Assembly: GCA_965218585.1 (NCBI GenBank)
Contig: CBDCLE010000023.1
Location: 10,162-74,161, forward strand
DNA: 64,000 nucleotides
Direction: 5' to 3'
Origin: Terriglobia bacterium
GTDB taxonomy: Bacteria > Acidobacteriota > Terriglobia > 20CM-2-55-15
In this document: piece after piece, positions 40,156 to 50,072 of the stretch
Layout of the letters: each line of letters starts with the position of its first letter
Position numbering within the stretch: the first letter of the stretch is position 1
Translations under genes and position numbers: made by a program
Notes under the pieces: generated by a model
The model's database searches: none
What the model saw: only the letters and a program-made list of their open reading frames with translations
What the model was told of the DNA's origin: nothing

Positions 40156-41487
40156 ATGAAGGTCTTGTCGATCACAGCCGGCGCGGCGGGAATGTACTGC
40201 GGGAGTTGTGCCCGCGATAACGCTCTGGCGCGAGAACTCTTGTCCCTCGGGCACGACTGCACTCTCATACCCGTCTACACGCCCACACGGACAGACGAAC
40301 CGAACGCAAGCCGCAACCGAGTCCTGTTCGGCGGCATCAGCGTCTATCTTCAGCAGTATGCCCCTCTCTTCCGTAAGACCCCACGACTTCTGGACCGGAT
40401 GTGGGATTCGCCATGGGTGATCAACCGCTTCAGAGGACGTGCGGTGTCGAACGACCCGCAGTTATTGGGAGACCTCACGATCTCCATGCTCGAAGGCGAA
40501 CAGGGCGTCTTAAGTAAGGAATTCGACAAACTTGTGGATTGGATCAGCCACCAGCCCAGACCCGATATCATCAACCTGCCCAACTCGCTGTTGATCGCGC
40601 TCGCGGCACCGCTGAAAGAAACGTTCGATTTACCTGTGTGCTGCACCTTGCAGGGAGAAGAGCTCTTCATCGACGGATTGCTGGCGCCCTACCGCGACGA
40701 GGCTCTGCGGCTGATCCGAGGGCAGGTCTCCACTGTGGATCGTTTTATCGCCGTCAGCGAATACTGTCAGCGCTTCATGACAGAGTATCTCCAGATACCT
40801 CTCGAGCGTATTGGCGTTGTGCCTCTGGGTATCAACCTGACCGGTTATCCTGACAGCCCGGTCTCCACAGACGATGACGGCGAATTCCGTGTGGGATATT
40901 TCGCCCGCATTGCGCCGGAAAAAGGTCTGGACGCGTTGGCCGACGCCTATGTCCGGTTCCGCAAACGGAGCGGGAGTGCTTTGGTGCGATTGTGTGTCGC
41001 GGGCTACACGGCTCCGGCTCACGCTGATTACTTGAACCAGGTCCGCAACATGCTGACCGAAGCCGGTTATGGTGATGAGTTCTCCTATCAAGGCGTTGTG
41101 GACCGGGAGGGAAAGCTGCGGTTTCTCCAGGAACTCGATATCCTTTCGGTGCCGGCAACCTACGATGAACCGAAGGGCATGTTCCTGCTCGAAGCCATGG
41201 CGAATGGCGTTCCAGTCGTTCAACCCCGTCGCGGCGCCTTTACTGAGATCGTCGAAAAAACCGGCGGCGGCCTGTTGGTTGAACCCGACAGTGCGGAAAG
41301 TCTGGCTGAAGGCCTGTACCAGCTATGGAAGGATCGTCAACAGAGGTCCGAATTGGGAAAGTCCGGCCTGGAGGGCGTGCATGAACACTATTCGGTCCGA
41401 CACTCCGCGGACCGGTTGCTGGAAATTTACGATGATGTTCTGAACGCACGGTCTGAGGGAACTATCCCGGTCGGTGCCAGCGTTTGA
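40156..41487 (+). CDS. Glycosyltransferase family 4 with N-terminal CxxC
   Basis: RIAPEKG, EPKGMFLLEAMANGVPVV; N-terminal GMYCGSCARD. Confidence 0.88.
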   Translation: MKVLSITAGAAGMYCGSCARDNALARELLSLGHDCTLIPVYTPTRTDEPNASRNRVLFGGISVYLQQYAPLFRKTPRLLDRMWDSPWVINRFRGRAVSNDPQLLGDLTISMLEGEQGVLSKEFDKLVDWISHQPRPDIINLPNSLLIALAAPLKETFDLPVCCTLQGEELFIDGLLAPYRDEALRLIRGQVSTVDRFIAVSEYCQRFMTEYLQIPLERIGVVPLGINLTGYPDSPVSTDDDGEFRVGYFARIAPEKGLDALADAYVRFRKRSGSALVRLCVAGYTAPAHADYLNQVRNMLTEAGYGDEFSYQGVVDREGKLRFLQELDILSVPATYDEPKGMFLLEAMANGVPVVQPRRGAFTEIVEKTGGGLLVEPDSAESLAEGLYQLWKDRQQRSELGKSGLEGVHEHYSVRHSADRLLEIYDDVLNARSEGTIPVGASV

Positions 41488-42197
41488 GTGCAGAGGACTC
41501 ATTGCTCGAAGTCTCACATCTCAGCAAGGAATACCCGACGCCCCGAGGACCACTCGAAGTCCTGTCGGACGTCAACCTGTCGCTCGCTCCGGGGGAGGCT
41601 GCGGCGATCATGGGTCCGTCCGGCAGCGGGAAGAGCTCGCTGCTTTACGTCCTGGGAGGTCTGGAGCCACCATCGTCTGGAAGCGTAAAGCTCGAGGGAA
41701 ACGACCTGTTTGGAATGAAGCCTTCCCAGCAGGCCAGGTTCCGGAACACGCAGATCGGCTTCATCTTCCAGGATCACTGTCTGCTCCCCCAATGTTCGGT
41801 CCTGGAAAACGTGCTCCTGCCAACGCTGGTAAGGCATGGGAACGACATAAACGAAGATAGGGAACGGAAGAATTTCGCCGAAGACGCGCGCTTGCTCGTC
41901 GAACAGGTGGGACTTGGCGATCGTATCGACCACCGGCCGGCGGAGTTATCGGGAGGGGAAAGACAGCGAGTGGCCATCGCCCGCGCATTGATTCGCAGCC
42001 CCCGTCTCATTCTGTGCGATGAACCCACCGGGAACCTGGACGAAACGACTGCGGACACCGTCGCATCGCTTTTGCTGGAACTCCATCGTGTTCAGAAAAA
42101 CATCCTGATCGCCGTCACACACAGCGCACATCTCGCGGCACGGTTTCCGATTCGTTTTGAGCTTGCACAGCGGCGACTCGGTCGGGTTGAATCATAG
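41484..42197 (+). CDS. ABC transporter ATPase (LolD/MacB-like)
   Basis: [34 protein letters not shown]. Confidence 0.93.
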   Translation: MSAEDSLLEVSHLSKEYPTPRGPLEVLSDVNLSLAPGEAAAIMGPSGSGKSSLLYVLGGLEPPSSGSVKLEGNDLFGMKPSQQARFRNTQIGFIFQDHCLLPQCSVLENVLLPTLVRHGNDINEDRERKNFAEDARLLVEQVGLGDRIDHRPAELSGGERQRVAIARALIRSPRLILCDEPTGNLDETTADTVASLLLELHRVQKNILIAVTHSAHLAARFPIRFELAQRRLGRVES

Positions 42198-42212
42198 ATG
42201 ACGAGTTAAACA

Positions 42213-45200
42213 ATGGCTGATGGCATAAAACAACGTCGTCTCATCTTCGAGGGTTTGGCGTTTTATTGGCGCACAAACATCGCCGTGATCGCCGGCGTTG
42301 CAACCGCGGTCGCCGTTCTTGCGGGAGCCTTGCTGGTGGGCGACTCCGTACGCGGCAGTCTCCGCGACATGGTCCTCGAGCGAATCGGAAACACAGACCA
42401 TATCGTCGTGTCGACGACTTTCTTTCGAGAGGCCCTGGCCCGGGATCTGGGCAATCATCCCGACTTCCCTGCCAGTTTCAACGGTGTGGCTCCGATCATT
42501 GTCACCGAGGGACTCGTGACCACTCCAACGGGCGAGGGGCGAATGGACCGGGTTCGTGTGTACGGTATCGACGACCGGTTCTGGCGGTTCCACGGTGTGG
42601 AGGAGTTCACCGGTCCCGGAGGCCGTCAGGCATTAGTCAGCCCTGCCCTGGCCGAGGGACTCGGTGTTGAGGCAGGAGCCACCATTCTTGTCCGCGTCGA
42701 ACGACCCTCTGAGATCCCACTGGAGTCCCTCCACGGAAACAAGGCCGACCTGGGCCGTACGATTCGCGCCACACTCGGAAGTGTTGTCCCTGGCGAAACG
42801 CTCGGCGAATTCTCTCTCGAAGCGGGCCAGGGGGAGGTTCACGCAGTCTTTCTTCCTCTGGAGCTTGTCACCGAGGACCTCGAAATAGAAGAACGCGTCA
42901 ACGCGTTGCTCGTTTCGACCACTTTGGCAGATGCCGATGCCGCAACGGCGGAATTGGAAAGGATGGTTCGGAGCGAAGCCGAATTGGAAGATCTGGGTCT
43001 CGGTCTGAGACTCTTGGGACAACCCCAGGCGCTCGCAATTGAAGGCTCTGGCGGTTTGATCGACGATCAAAAGGTTGATATCGCACTGGAGGCCGGGGCA
43101 GCCATGGGCCTGGAAGCACGCCCAATTTTCACCTATCTGGTCAACAGGCTCGGCAACGCTTCAACTGAAATCCCTTATTCGCTTGTAACCGCAACCGACC
43201 TCACCCGCTTAGTCGGAGAAGAACTGTCTTCTGTGTCAGGTCTGCCGCCAATCGTCCTCACTGACTGGGCCGCCGAGGATCTCAGCGTTTCAAGCGGAGA
43301 TCGTCTCTCGATGGAATACTACGTCTGGGTGGAACCTGGTCAACTGGTCACTCGGGAAACCGACTTCGAAGTCGTGAACGTAGTTCCCATCGACGCCGGA
43401 GATCGCGACATGGCTCCGACCTACCCGGGCATTACGGATTCGGAAGCTCTGGCTGACTGGAATCCGCCGTTTCCGATCGATCTCGCACGTATCCGCCCTG
43501 TCGACGAAGAGTTCTGGAATCTTTATCGGACGACACCCAAGGCGTTTATCCCGCTCGAAGTCGGCCGCGAGCTCTGGCAGTCCCGTTACGGATCCATTTC
43601 GTCTATTCGTCTGGCTCCGGAAACGGAGACAGAAGAACTAGCGGGGGAGACTCTTGTCGCCAATTACGCCGAACGTCTTGGAACACTTCTCGACCCGCTC
43701 GGTTTTGGCCTGGCCGTTCGGTCGGTGCGTTCCGAAGGTCTCGAGGCCTCGCGCGGCGCGACGAACTTTGGCGAGTACTTTGTGTACTTCAGTTTCTTCC
43801 TGGTTGTCTCGGCCCTGATGTTGGCGGCGTTGTTCTTCAAGTTGAGTGTCGAGCAACGTGGCCGTGAGATTGGGTTGCTGCGGTCGGTTGGCTTTACTCC
43901 GCCAATGGTCCGACGCCTATTTCTCATTGAAGGATTGATCCTGTCTTCAATCGGTGCCCTCATCGGTGTGTGGGGCGGGATCGGGTACGCCTCGCTCCTG
44001 GTCACCGGCCTCGGCACATGGTGGGTCGATGCCGTTGGAACCACCGCTGTAACGCTTCATGTTTCGGGCTTATCTCTGGCAGCAGGCGTAGTGGGTGGAA
44101 TCGCAGCGGCCATGGCATGCATCTGGGTAACTCTCCGAAGCCTGTCATCGGTGTCCGAACGCCGGTTGCTGGCGGGGCAGCTTTCCCAGGAGAACGCTGG
44201 ACAGAGGGGTCGAACTCGGCCAGCCCGGCTGGGGGCGGTGTCGCTGGGCAGCCTCGGCATCGCACTCATCGTCGGAGCGGGAATGGGTTTCGTCGATCAG
44301 GCGGCTGGCTTTTTTGGAGCGGGAATGGCGTTTCTGGCAGCCAGTCTTTGTTTTCTCGCACTTCGATTCGGCCGTCGGCGCGAAGCGGTGCTCGGAGGCC
44401 AGGGCTGGTGGCCGGTCTCGCGGCTGGGTCTCCGGAACGCGACCTATCGTCCCGCTCGAAGCGTCACTGCAATCGGAATGATCGCGGCGGCAACTTTCAT
44501 TTTGATATCGGTCGATGCCTTCAGAAGGGACACGGTATCGAACGCGGGTCCCGAGTCCGGACTGGGGGGTTACCCCTTGCTCGTCGAGTCCCTTCTGCCT
44601 ATGTTGGAAGATCCAACCAGCCCTGCAGGCCAGGAATTTCTGGGGTTGGGAAGCATCGACTCCGCAGCTGTATCTCCGTTCCGACTCAGACCGGGTGACG
44701 ACGCCAGTTGCCTGAACCTGTACGCCCCCACAAATCCGAGGATCGCGGCACCCAGCGACGCGTTCATCGAACAGGGACGTTTTGCGTTTCAGGATTCGCT
44801 TGCGTCGAATGATGCAGAACGTGCCAACCCGTGGCTCCTCCTCCAACGGGATGGACCCGACGGAACAATTCCCGTGATCGGCGATGCAAACTCGATGACC
44901 TATGTCCTGCACCGGAAGCTGGGCGAGGAGATCCTCATAACCGAAGGAGACCGCACAATTCGGCTGCGGCTCGTTGCGACTCTGGACGACAGTATTTTCC
45001 AGGGCGAGCTCCTGATGTCTGAAACTCATTTCCTGGAACAGTTTCCTTCACAGGAAGGATATCGACTCCTGCTTGTGGAGACAGAAGCAGGAAGCGTGGC
45101 CCAGGCCGAAGAATCGATCGAAAACGCCCTGGCGGACTATGGAGCGACGGCGACGCCGACTGCCGAGCGTCTCGCCCAGTTCCACCAGGTCGAGAACACC

Positions 45201-45578
45201 TACCTGTCGACGTTTCAGATGCTGGGTGGACTGGGCCTGCTGCTTGGAACCGTCGGCCTGGGCGCGGTCCTGTTGCGAAACGTTCTGGAACGACGGCGGG
45301 AACTGGCACTGATGCGTGCGCTCGGTTACCTCGAACGAGACTTTCTCGCGATGTCGATGGCAGAGAACGTGATGTTGCTGACCGTGGGACTGGTGACCGG
45401 CGCGGCATGCGCCTTCCTGGCTACGCTTCCGGTTATCCTGGATCGTGGCGGGCAACTTCCCGGTATGCTTGTCTTCGGACTATTGGGTGGCGTTCTGGCG
45501 GTTGGACTGGTCACCTCCCTGGGGGCGACGATTGCCGTCCTCCAGTCACCTCTGTTGCCGGCTCTAAGAGAGGAGTGA
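42213..45578 (+). CDS. Large FtsX/LolE-type ABC permease (duplicated architecture)
   Basis: Two blocks (EQRGREIGLLRSVG, ERRRELALMRALG), multiple TM helices and large periplasmic loops. Confidence 0.9.
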   Translation: MADGIKQRRLIFEGLAFYWRTNIAVIAGVATAVAVLAGALLVGDSVRGSLRDMVLERIGNTDHIVVSTTFFREALARDLGNHPDFPASFNGVAPIIVTEGLVTTPTGEGRMDRVRVYGIDDRFWRFHGVEEFTGPGGRQALVSPALAEGLGVEAGATILVRVERPSEIPLESLHGNKADLGRTIRATLGSVVPGETLGEFSLEAGQGEVHAVFLPLELVTEDLEIEERVNALLVSTTLADADAATAELERMVRSEAELEDLGLGLRLLGQPQALAIEGSGGLIDDQKVDIALEAGAAMGLEARPIFTYLVNRLGNASTEIPYSLVTATDLTRLVGEELSSVSGLPPIVLTDWAAEDLSVSSGDRLSMEYYVWVEPGQLVTRETDFEVVNVVPIDAGDRDMAPTYPGITDSEALADWNPPFPIDLARIRPVDEEFWNLYRTTPKAFIPLEVGRELWQSRYGSISSIRLAPETETEELAGETLVANYAERLGTLLDPLGFGLAVRSVRSEGLEASRGATNFGEYFVYFSFFLVVSALMLAALFFKLSVEQRGREIGLLRSVGFTPPMVRRLFLIEGLILSSIGALIGVWGGIGYASLLVTGLGTWWVDAVGTTAVTLHVSGLSLAAGVVGGIAAAMACIWVTLRSLSSVSERRLLAGQLSQENAGQRGRTRPARLGAVSLGSLGIALIVGAGMGFVDQAAGFFGAGMAFLAASLCFLALRFGRRREAVLGGQGWWPVSRLGLRNATYRPARSVTAIGMIAAATFILISVDAFRRDTVSNAGPESGLGGYPLLVESLLPMLEDPTSPAGQEFLGLGSIDSAAVSPFRLRPGDDASCLNLYAPTNPRIAAPSDAFIEQGRFAFQDSLASNDAERANPWLLLQRDGPDGTIPVIGDANSMTYVLHRKLGEEILITEGDRTIRLRLVATLDDSIFQGELLMSETHFLEQFPSQEGYRLLLVETEAGSVAQAEESIENALADYGATATPTAERLAQFHQVENTYLSTFQMLGGLGLLLGTVGLGAVLLRNVLERRRELALMRALGYLERDFLAMSMAENVMLLTVGLVTGAACAFLATLPVILDRGGQLPGMLVFGLLGGVLAVGLVTSLGATIAVLQSPLLPALREE

Positions 45579-46621
45579 CTCGAAGCTTGACATGACAAGA
45601 ATCAAACGCACAACGAAGTGGATTTTCGTTCTCCTTTCAGGAATGACGCTGGTGGGTGGAGCCCTGTCGGTCACGACGACGTCCCAGGAGTTGGGAATCC
45701 CCTCCAGCGGACTCGGCGAAAGTTTGGGCGTTCGAATGGTTCCCGTCGAGGGCGAGGGTGCACAGTATTGGTCCCGTTGGCGGGGACCGTCGGGTCAAGG
45801 ACAGGTGGAAGGGAGCGGCTATCCCGATACCTGGTCCGCGACCGAAAACGTCCTCTGGAAGACGCCCGTTCCCGGAAGCAGAAATTCGTCTCCCATCGTG
45901 TGGGATGACCTCATTTTCCTGACGACGTCCTACGACCGGGGGGACCGACTGTCCCTTCTGGCGTACCGGCGCTCTGATGGCGAGTTGCTCTGGGAGAGCT
46001 TCGCCCCGGACGGGGTATCGGAACGGCCCCATCAGAAGAACGGCCATGCCTCCGCGACGCCGACGACCGATGGCGAACGCGTCTACGTCTCGTTTGGTGC
46101 CCGCGGGATGGCGGCATTTAGTTTGGACGGTGAACTGCTCTGGAATCAGGATGTGGGGCGGATCAACAACTATCACGGCACGGCCGGTTCACCTCTGGTT
46201 TATAAGGACCGCATCATCATCTTTCAGGATCACTCCGCAGGTTCGTTCGTGGCTGCTTTCGATACGCGAACAGGCCAGGAGTTGTGGCGAACACCCCGCC
46301 AGGCGAGTGTTGGCTGGGGCTCACCGATCGCGGTTCAGGTGGACGACCACGACGAGATCATCGTCCACAGCCAGAGACGGGTGAATGCATACGATCCCGA
46401 CACTGGAAGAGAGTTGTGGTACTGCAACGGAAACACCTTCGAGGTGATTCCCACACCTGTCGTCGGCTACGGAATGCTGTTCTGCTCCTCGGGCCGCGCG
46501 GGTCCGACGATGGCTATAAAGCCCGGTGGTACGGGCAACGTCACCGACAGCCACCTGGTGTGGTCGAGTCCCAGAGGATCTCCATTCGTTCCGTCTCCGA
46601 TTCTCTATGGCGACCAACTCT

Positions 46622-48477
46622 TGTCCAACGTCAATCAGAATTCCTTCTCGCATTGACTCATTGAAAATGTTACCGAACTGAGGGTTGTTGCCTCATTAGA
46701 AATGTTACCCAACTCTATGAGAACGGAGGTGGGAAGTGAGGACACACATGACTGTTGCGGCAAGGCGAGAATTAGCTCTACGAACGGCGGTTCGCTACAA
46801 GAATGCGGCGCGACCGGAGAAGAAGCGAATCCTGGATGAGTTCCTTGAATCGACCGGGTTCCATCGGAAGCACGCGACACGGCTTCTGAACGACATTCTG
46901 AGGGGCGAACGGCCCCGACGGCAACCGCGCGGCCGGGTCCGTCGATACGGCCCCGCGGTGCAGGCCGCCCTGATCGCGGCCTGGCGCACAGTCAATGATG
47001 TCTGTGGCAAACGGCTCGTTCCGTTTCTGCCGGAGCTGATCCCGACCATGGAGCGTCACGGGCATCTGTTATTGTCTGATAAAACGCGGGCGGATCTGCT
47101 TGAGCTGAGCGCCGCCACGGCTGATCGGATCTTCCGTCAATTCCGATTCGATCATCGACCGCACGGCAAGACCACCACCAAGTCCGGACAGTTACTCAAA
47201 CACCGCGTTCCGATTCGCACATTCGCCGACTGGGCGGACACGCGGCCGGGATTCATGGAAGCGGACTTGGTTGCACACTGCGGCGGGAACTCGGAAGGCC
47301 CTTTCCTCCACACCCTGGTACTGACCGACGTGGCGACCGGCTGGACCGAATGTCTGGCGTTGCTACGGCGTACGGAGGCGGACATTCTGCAGGCGCTCAC
47401 GACGGCACGGCAGATCCTTCCGTTTCAGCTTGTCGGCCTGGACACGGATAACGGTTCCGAGTTCATGAACTACGGACTCCTCGCCTACTGCGAGCGTGAA
47501 ACGATTCAATTCACCCGAGGCCGGGCGCGCCGGAAGAACGACCAGTGCTTCGTCGAACAGAAGAACGGCTCGATCGTCCGCCAATTGGTCGGCTACGACC
47601 GCTACGAAGGCTCACTGGCATACAGGCAGCTTGCCGAGCTCTACCGAGTGGTCCGGCTCTACGTGAACTTCTTCCAGCCGTCCATGAAGCTCACGACGAA
47701 GACTCGCGATGGATCCCGGGTGACGAAACGCTACGATATCGCGCAAACACCCTATCAACGGCTCTCGAATTCGGATGCGCTCGACCCGGAGGTTCGCGTT
47801 CGCCTTGCTGCGATTTATGAACGTTCGGATCCGGTCGATCTCCTACGACAGCTTGAGAAACTCCAGGATGCATTCTGGAGACATGCGAAGGAACTGGCCT
47901 CTCCCACGCTAACGGACGACATCGTGCGCGCCGCCCTTGTGTCCCCGAACTGCGACGCAGATGCAGACCGAGCCCCGATTGAGGCGGAACTCCCCGATCC
48001 CGGCTTCGAGCAACGAATCACGCGTCGGTATCGCAAAACACGGAAACAACCTGTGCCCCACATCTGGCGTACTCGCCCGGACCCGTTCGACGGCGTCTGG
48101 GAGGAGATGCGGTCATGGCTTGAATCCGATCCCGGGCGAACATCAAAGTCGCTGTTGCTTGAGCTTCAGCAGCGGCGCCCGGGACGTTACCCCAACGGTC
48201 AGTTACGGACCCTGCAGCGGCGCGTGCGCGAATGGCGGCGTCAGATTCTGGAGACTTTCGATGGCGAGTGGCTCGAACTGGATCGGGTCCGCCCGGCTTC
48301 AGCATCTGCGGGCGACGGGGGCTGTGGAAAAGGCGGTCGCCCCACAGCCTCGACGGCGGGAAGAACTCTCCCGTTTGACCGGTCGTTCGGTAACATTTTC
48401 GATGAGGCAACAACCCTCAGTTCGGTAACATTTTTAAATGAGGCAATACGGCCGGGAGTTTTGATTGTCGCTGATCA
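46622..48477 (+). mobile_element. 1856-bp insertion sequence with TG...CA ends, ~90-bp imperfect TIRs and a 6-bp TSD (AACTCT/AGCTCT)
   Basis: The left end aligns with the reverse complement of the right end. Each end carries two TTGMCTCAT(N)AAATGTTACC-like boxes. Confidence 0.92.
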
Positions 48478-48577
48478 AGCTCTACATCGTCAACGACATG
48501 GCGAGCATCGCGACGTCCTTCGATGCCAGAACCGGAGACAGTCTGTGGCAGGGACGGCTGGGAGTTGTAAGGCGTGA
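46736..48577 (+). CDS. DDE (rve/integrase-core) transposase, ISNCY-like; the ORF runs past the right end
   Basis: N-terminal ILDEF..TGFHRKHA.RLL; DDE residues in EADLVAHCG, DTDNGSEF, VEQKN; C-terminal WRTRPDPF...LRTLQRRV. Confidence 0.88.
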   Translation: MRTHMTVAARRELALRTAVRYKNAARPEKKRILDEFLESTGFHRKHATRLLNDILRGERPRRQPRGRVRRYGPAVQAALIAAWRTVNDVCGKRLVPFLPELIPTMERHGHLLLSDKTRADLLELSAATADRIFRQFRFDHRPHGKTTTKSGQLLKHRVPIRTFADWADTRPGFMEADLVAHCGGNSEGPFLHTLVLTDVATGWTECLALLRRTEADILQALTTARQILPFQLVGLDTDNGSEFMNYGLLAYCERETIQFTRGRARRKNDQCFVEQKNGSIVRQLVGYDRYEGSLAYRQLAELYRVVRLYVNFFQPSMKLTTKTRDGSRVTKRYDIAQTPYQRLSNSDALDPEVRVRLAAIYERSDPVDLLRQLEKLQDAFWRHAKELASPTLTDDIVRAALVSPNCDADADRAPIEAELPDPGFEQRITRRYRKTRKQPVPHIWRTRPDPFDGVWEEMRSWLESDPGRTSKSLLLELQQRRPGRYPNGQLRTLQRRVREWRRQILETFDGEWLELDRVRPASASAGDGGCGKGGRPTASTAGRTLPFDRSFGNIFDEATTLSSVTFLNEAIRPGVLIVADQALHRQRHGEHRDVLRCQNRRQSVAGTAGSCKA

Positions 48578-48865
48578 GGGTTTTTCCGCATCACCAGTTG
48601 CCGTGGATGGCAAAGTCTTCTTCACCAACGACAACGGTGAAACCTTTGTACTCCGGGCCGGCAGAGAATTCGAGCTGTTGCATGTGAACGATATCGGGGA
48701 ACGCACGCTGGCTTCACTGGCGCTCGTCGATGGCCGATGGTATATCCGGACCGGACAGAATCTGATTTCGATCGGCGAGTGAGGTAATCGATCCGCTGGT
48801 TTAATGTTTGTCATAGCAGTTTGACAAGCGTAAACTTTGTGAGTTGAGTTGAGGGAGGACAGTCA

Positions 48866-49495
48866 GTGGTTCAGTCAGAGTCAGTTGTTCCAACCGCACA
48901 AGGGGAGGCGACCCGGAGCCGGATACTCGATGCAGCAGCGCAGGCCTTTTCAGAACGCGGTTTCAGCGGTGCCACTTTGCGTGATATCGGAGCGGCTGCG
49001 GGTGTTCCATTTCAGTCGATCCGTCACCACTTTGGGTCCAAGGAAGATCTCTAGGAAGCGGTCGTTGAGGAATTGAGCCGACACAGCCAGGAAGGCGCAC
49101 TCCGTAATGAGGAGGTCATCGCATCACTTCCGCCCCGTGAACAACTCCGTGCGCAGATCTTCGCGCTTGTTGCCCGTGTAGCGGAACACCCCCAACTGTC
49201 CCGGATGCTCTTGCGCGAGGCGATGAAGGACAGTGACCGCTATCGAAAGGCCTACGAATTGCATGTCCGCGACCTTACAGTATTAGCGGGCAGGTTCTTC
49301 GGGCGCATGCAAGAGGCCGGTGTCGTCAAGGAAATTCCCATTGAGGATTTCCTGTTCGTCTGGGAGGGTGCCCTACTCCACCGTTTGGTGGCTCCCGCTG
49401 CCAACCAGCTTCGCACCGGAAAACCCATCACGGACCGCGGTGTCATCGAACGCCATGCAAATGCGGTGACACAGTTACTCCTGAAGGACGGGTAA
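48866..49495 (+). pseudogene. TetR family regulator with in-frame TAG at 49052-49054
   Basis: TRSRILDAA..F.E.GF...TLRDI..AAGV..SIRHHFGSKEDL*EAVVEEL; the two ORFs share one frame. Confidence 0.8.
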
Positions 49496-49515
49496 CAGGA
49501 CCATCCTGAGGCCAG

Positions 49516-49917
49516 GTGAAACATCTGACACACGGCGTCGCCGTCCTGGTCTCTCTGATGTTCGTGTTCATCGGCAGTGTGAAACTCTTCGGGGTACCCC
49601 AGTCGATGTTCGAATTCCAGCTCGAAAACTACTTCAATGCGTACGGCCTGACCCGAGGGCATATGTTTGCCGTAGGGCTGGCCGAACTGTTTGGAGCCGT
49701 CGCGATCTGGTGGCACCGCACACGGTGGATCGGGCTTGCGGGACCCGCCGTTCTTGTCGTCGTGACCCTCGGGGCCACTTATTACCATCTCCAGTTCGAC
49801 ACGGTTCGAGAAGCACGCCCCGCGATAATGATGCTGACCTTGTCTTCGTTCGTTCTGTTGATGTCGTGGTATCTCCACTTTCGCCCTTCAAATGTGTTGG
49901 AGAGAAGCCCGGAGTAA
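49516..49917 (+). CDS. DoxX-like membrane protein
   Basis: Four hydrophobic segments; FIGSVKL, VGLAELFGAV, GATYYH. Confidence 0.75.
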   Translation: MKHLTHGVAVLVSLMFVFIGSVKLFGVPQSMFEFQLENYFNAYGLTRGHMFAVGLAELFGAVAIWWHRTRWIGLAGPAVLVVVTLGATYYHLQFDTVREARPAIMMLTLSSFVLLMSWYLHFRPSNVLERSPE

Positions 49918-50072
49918 GGCCAGCCGGGCAATCCGCCACCTCGAACGGGCGTTTTTCCCCCCAATACCCCTCCCCTATTGTTAGACTCACCGGAATCTCA
50001 ACCTCTACTGTAGGTGCGCTCTATGAGCGCACAGTCAAAAGGACGAAGAGAAGTTCAACAGAAGGAGGCCGC

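Larger units (their letters stand above)
45592..48782 (+). pseudogene. Secreted PQQ-like beta-propeller interrupted by an IS (parts 45592-46621 and 48484-48782)
   Basis: Removing the IS and one TSD copy restores ...LYGDQLYIVNDMASIATSFDARTG... Confidence 0.9.

Noticed and set aside
31152-49054. Stop-codon reassignment (in-frame TAA in ggt, TAG in tetR)
   Set aside because: The two cases use different codons, and TAG and TAA end many intact genes here (pccB, mce, scpA).
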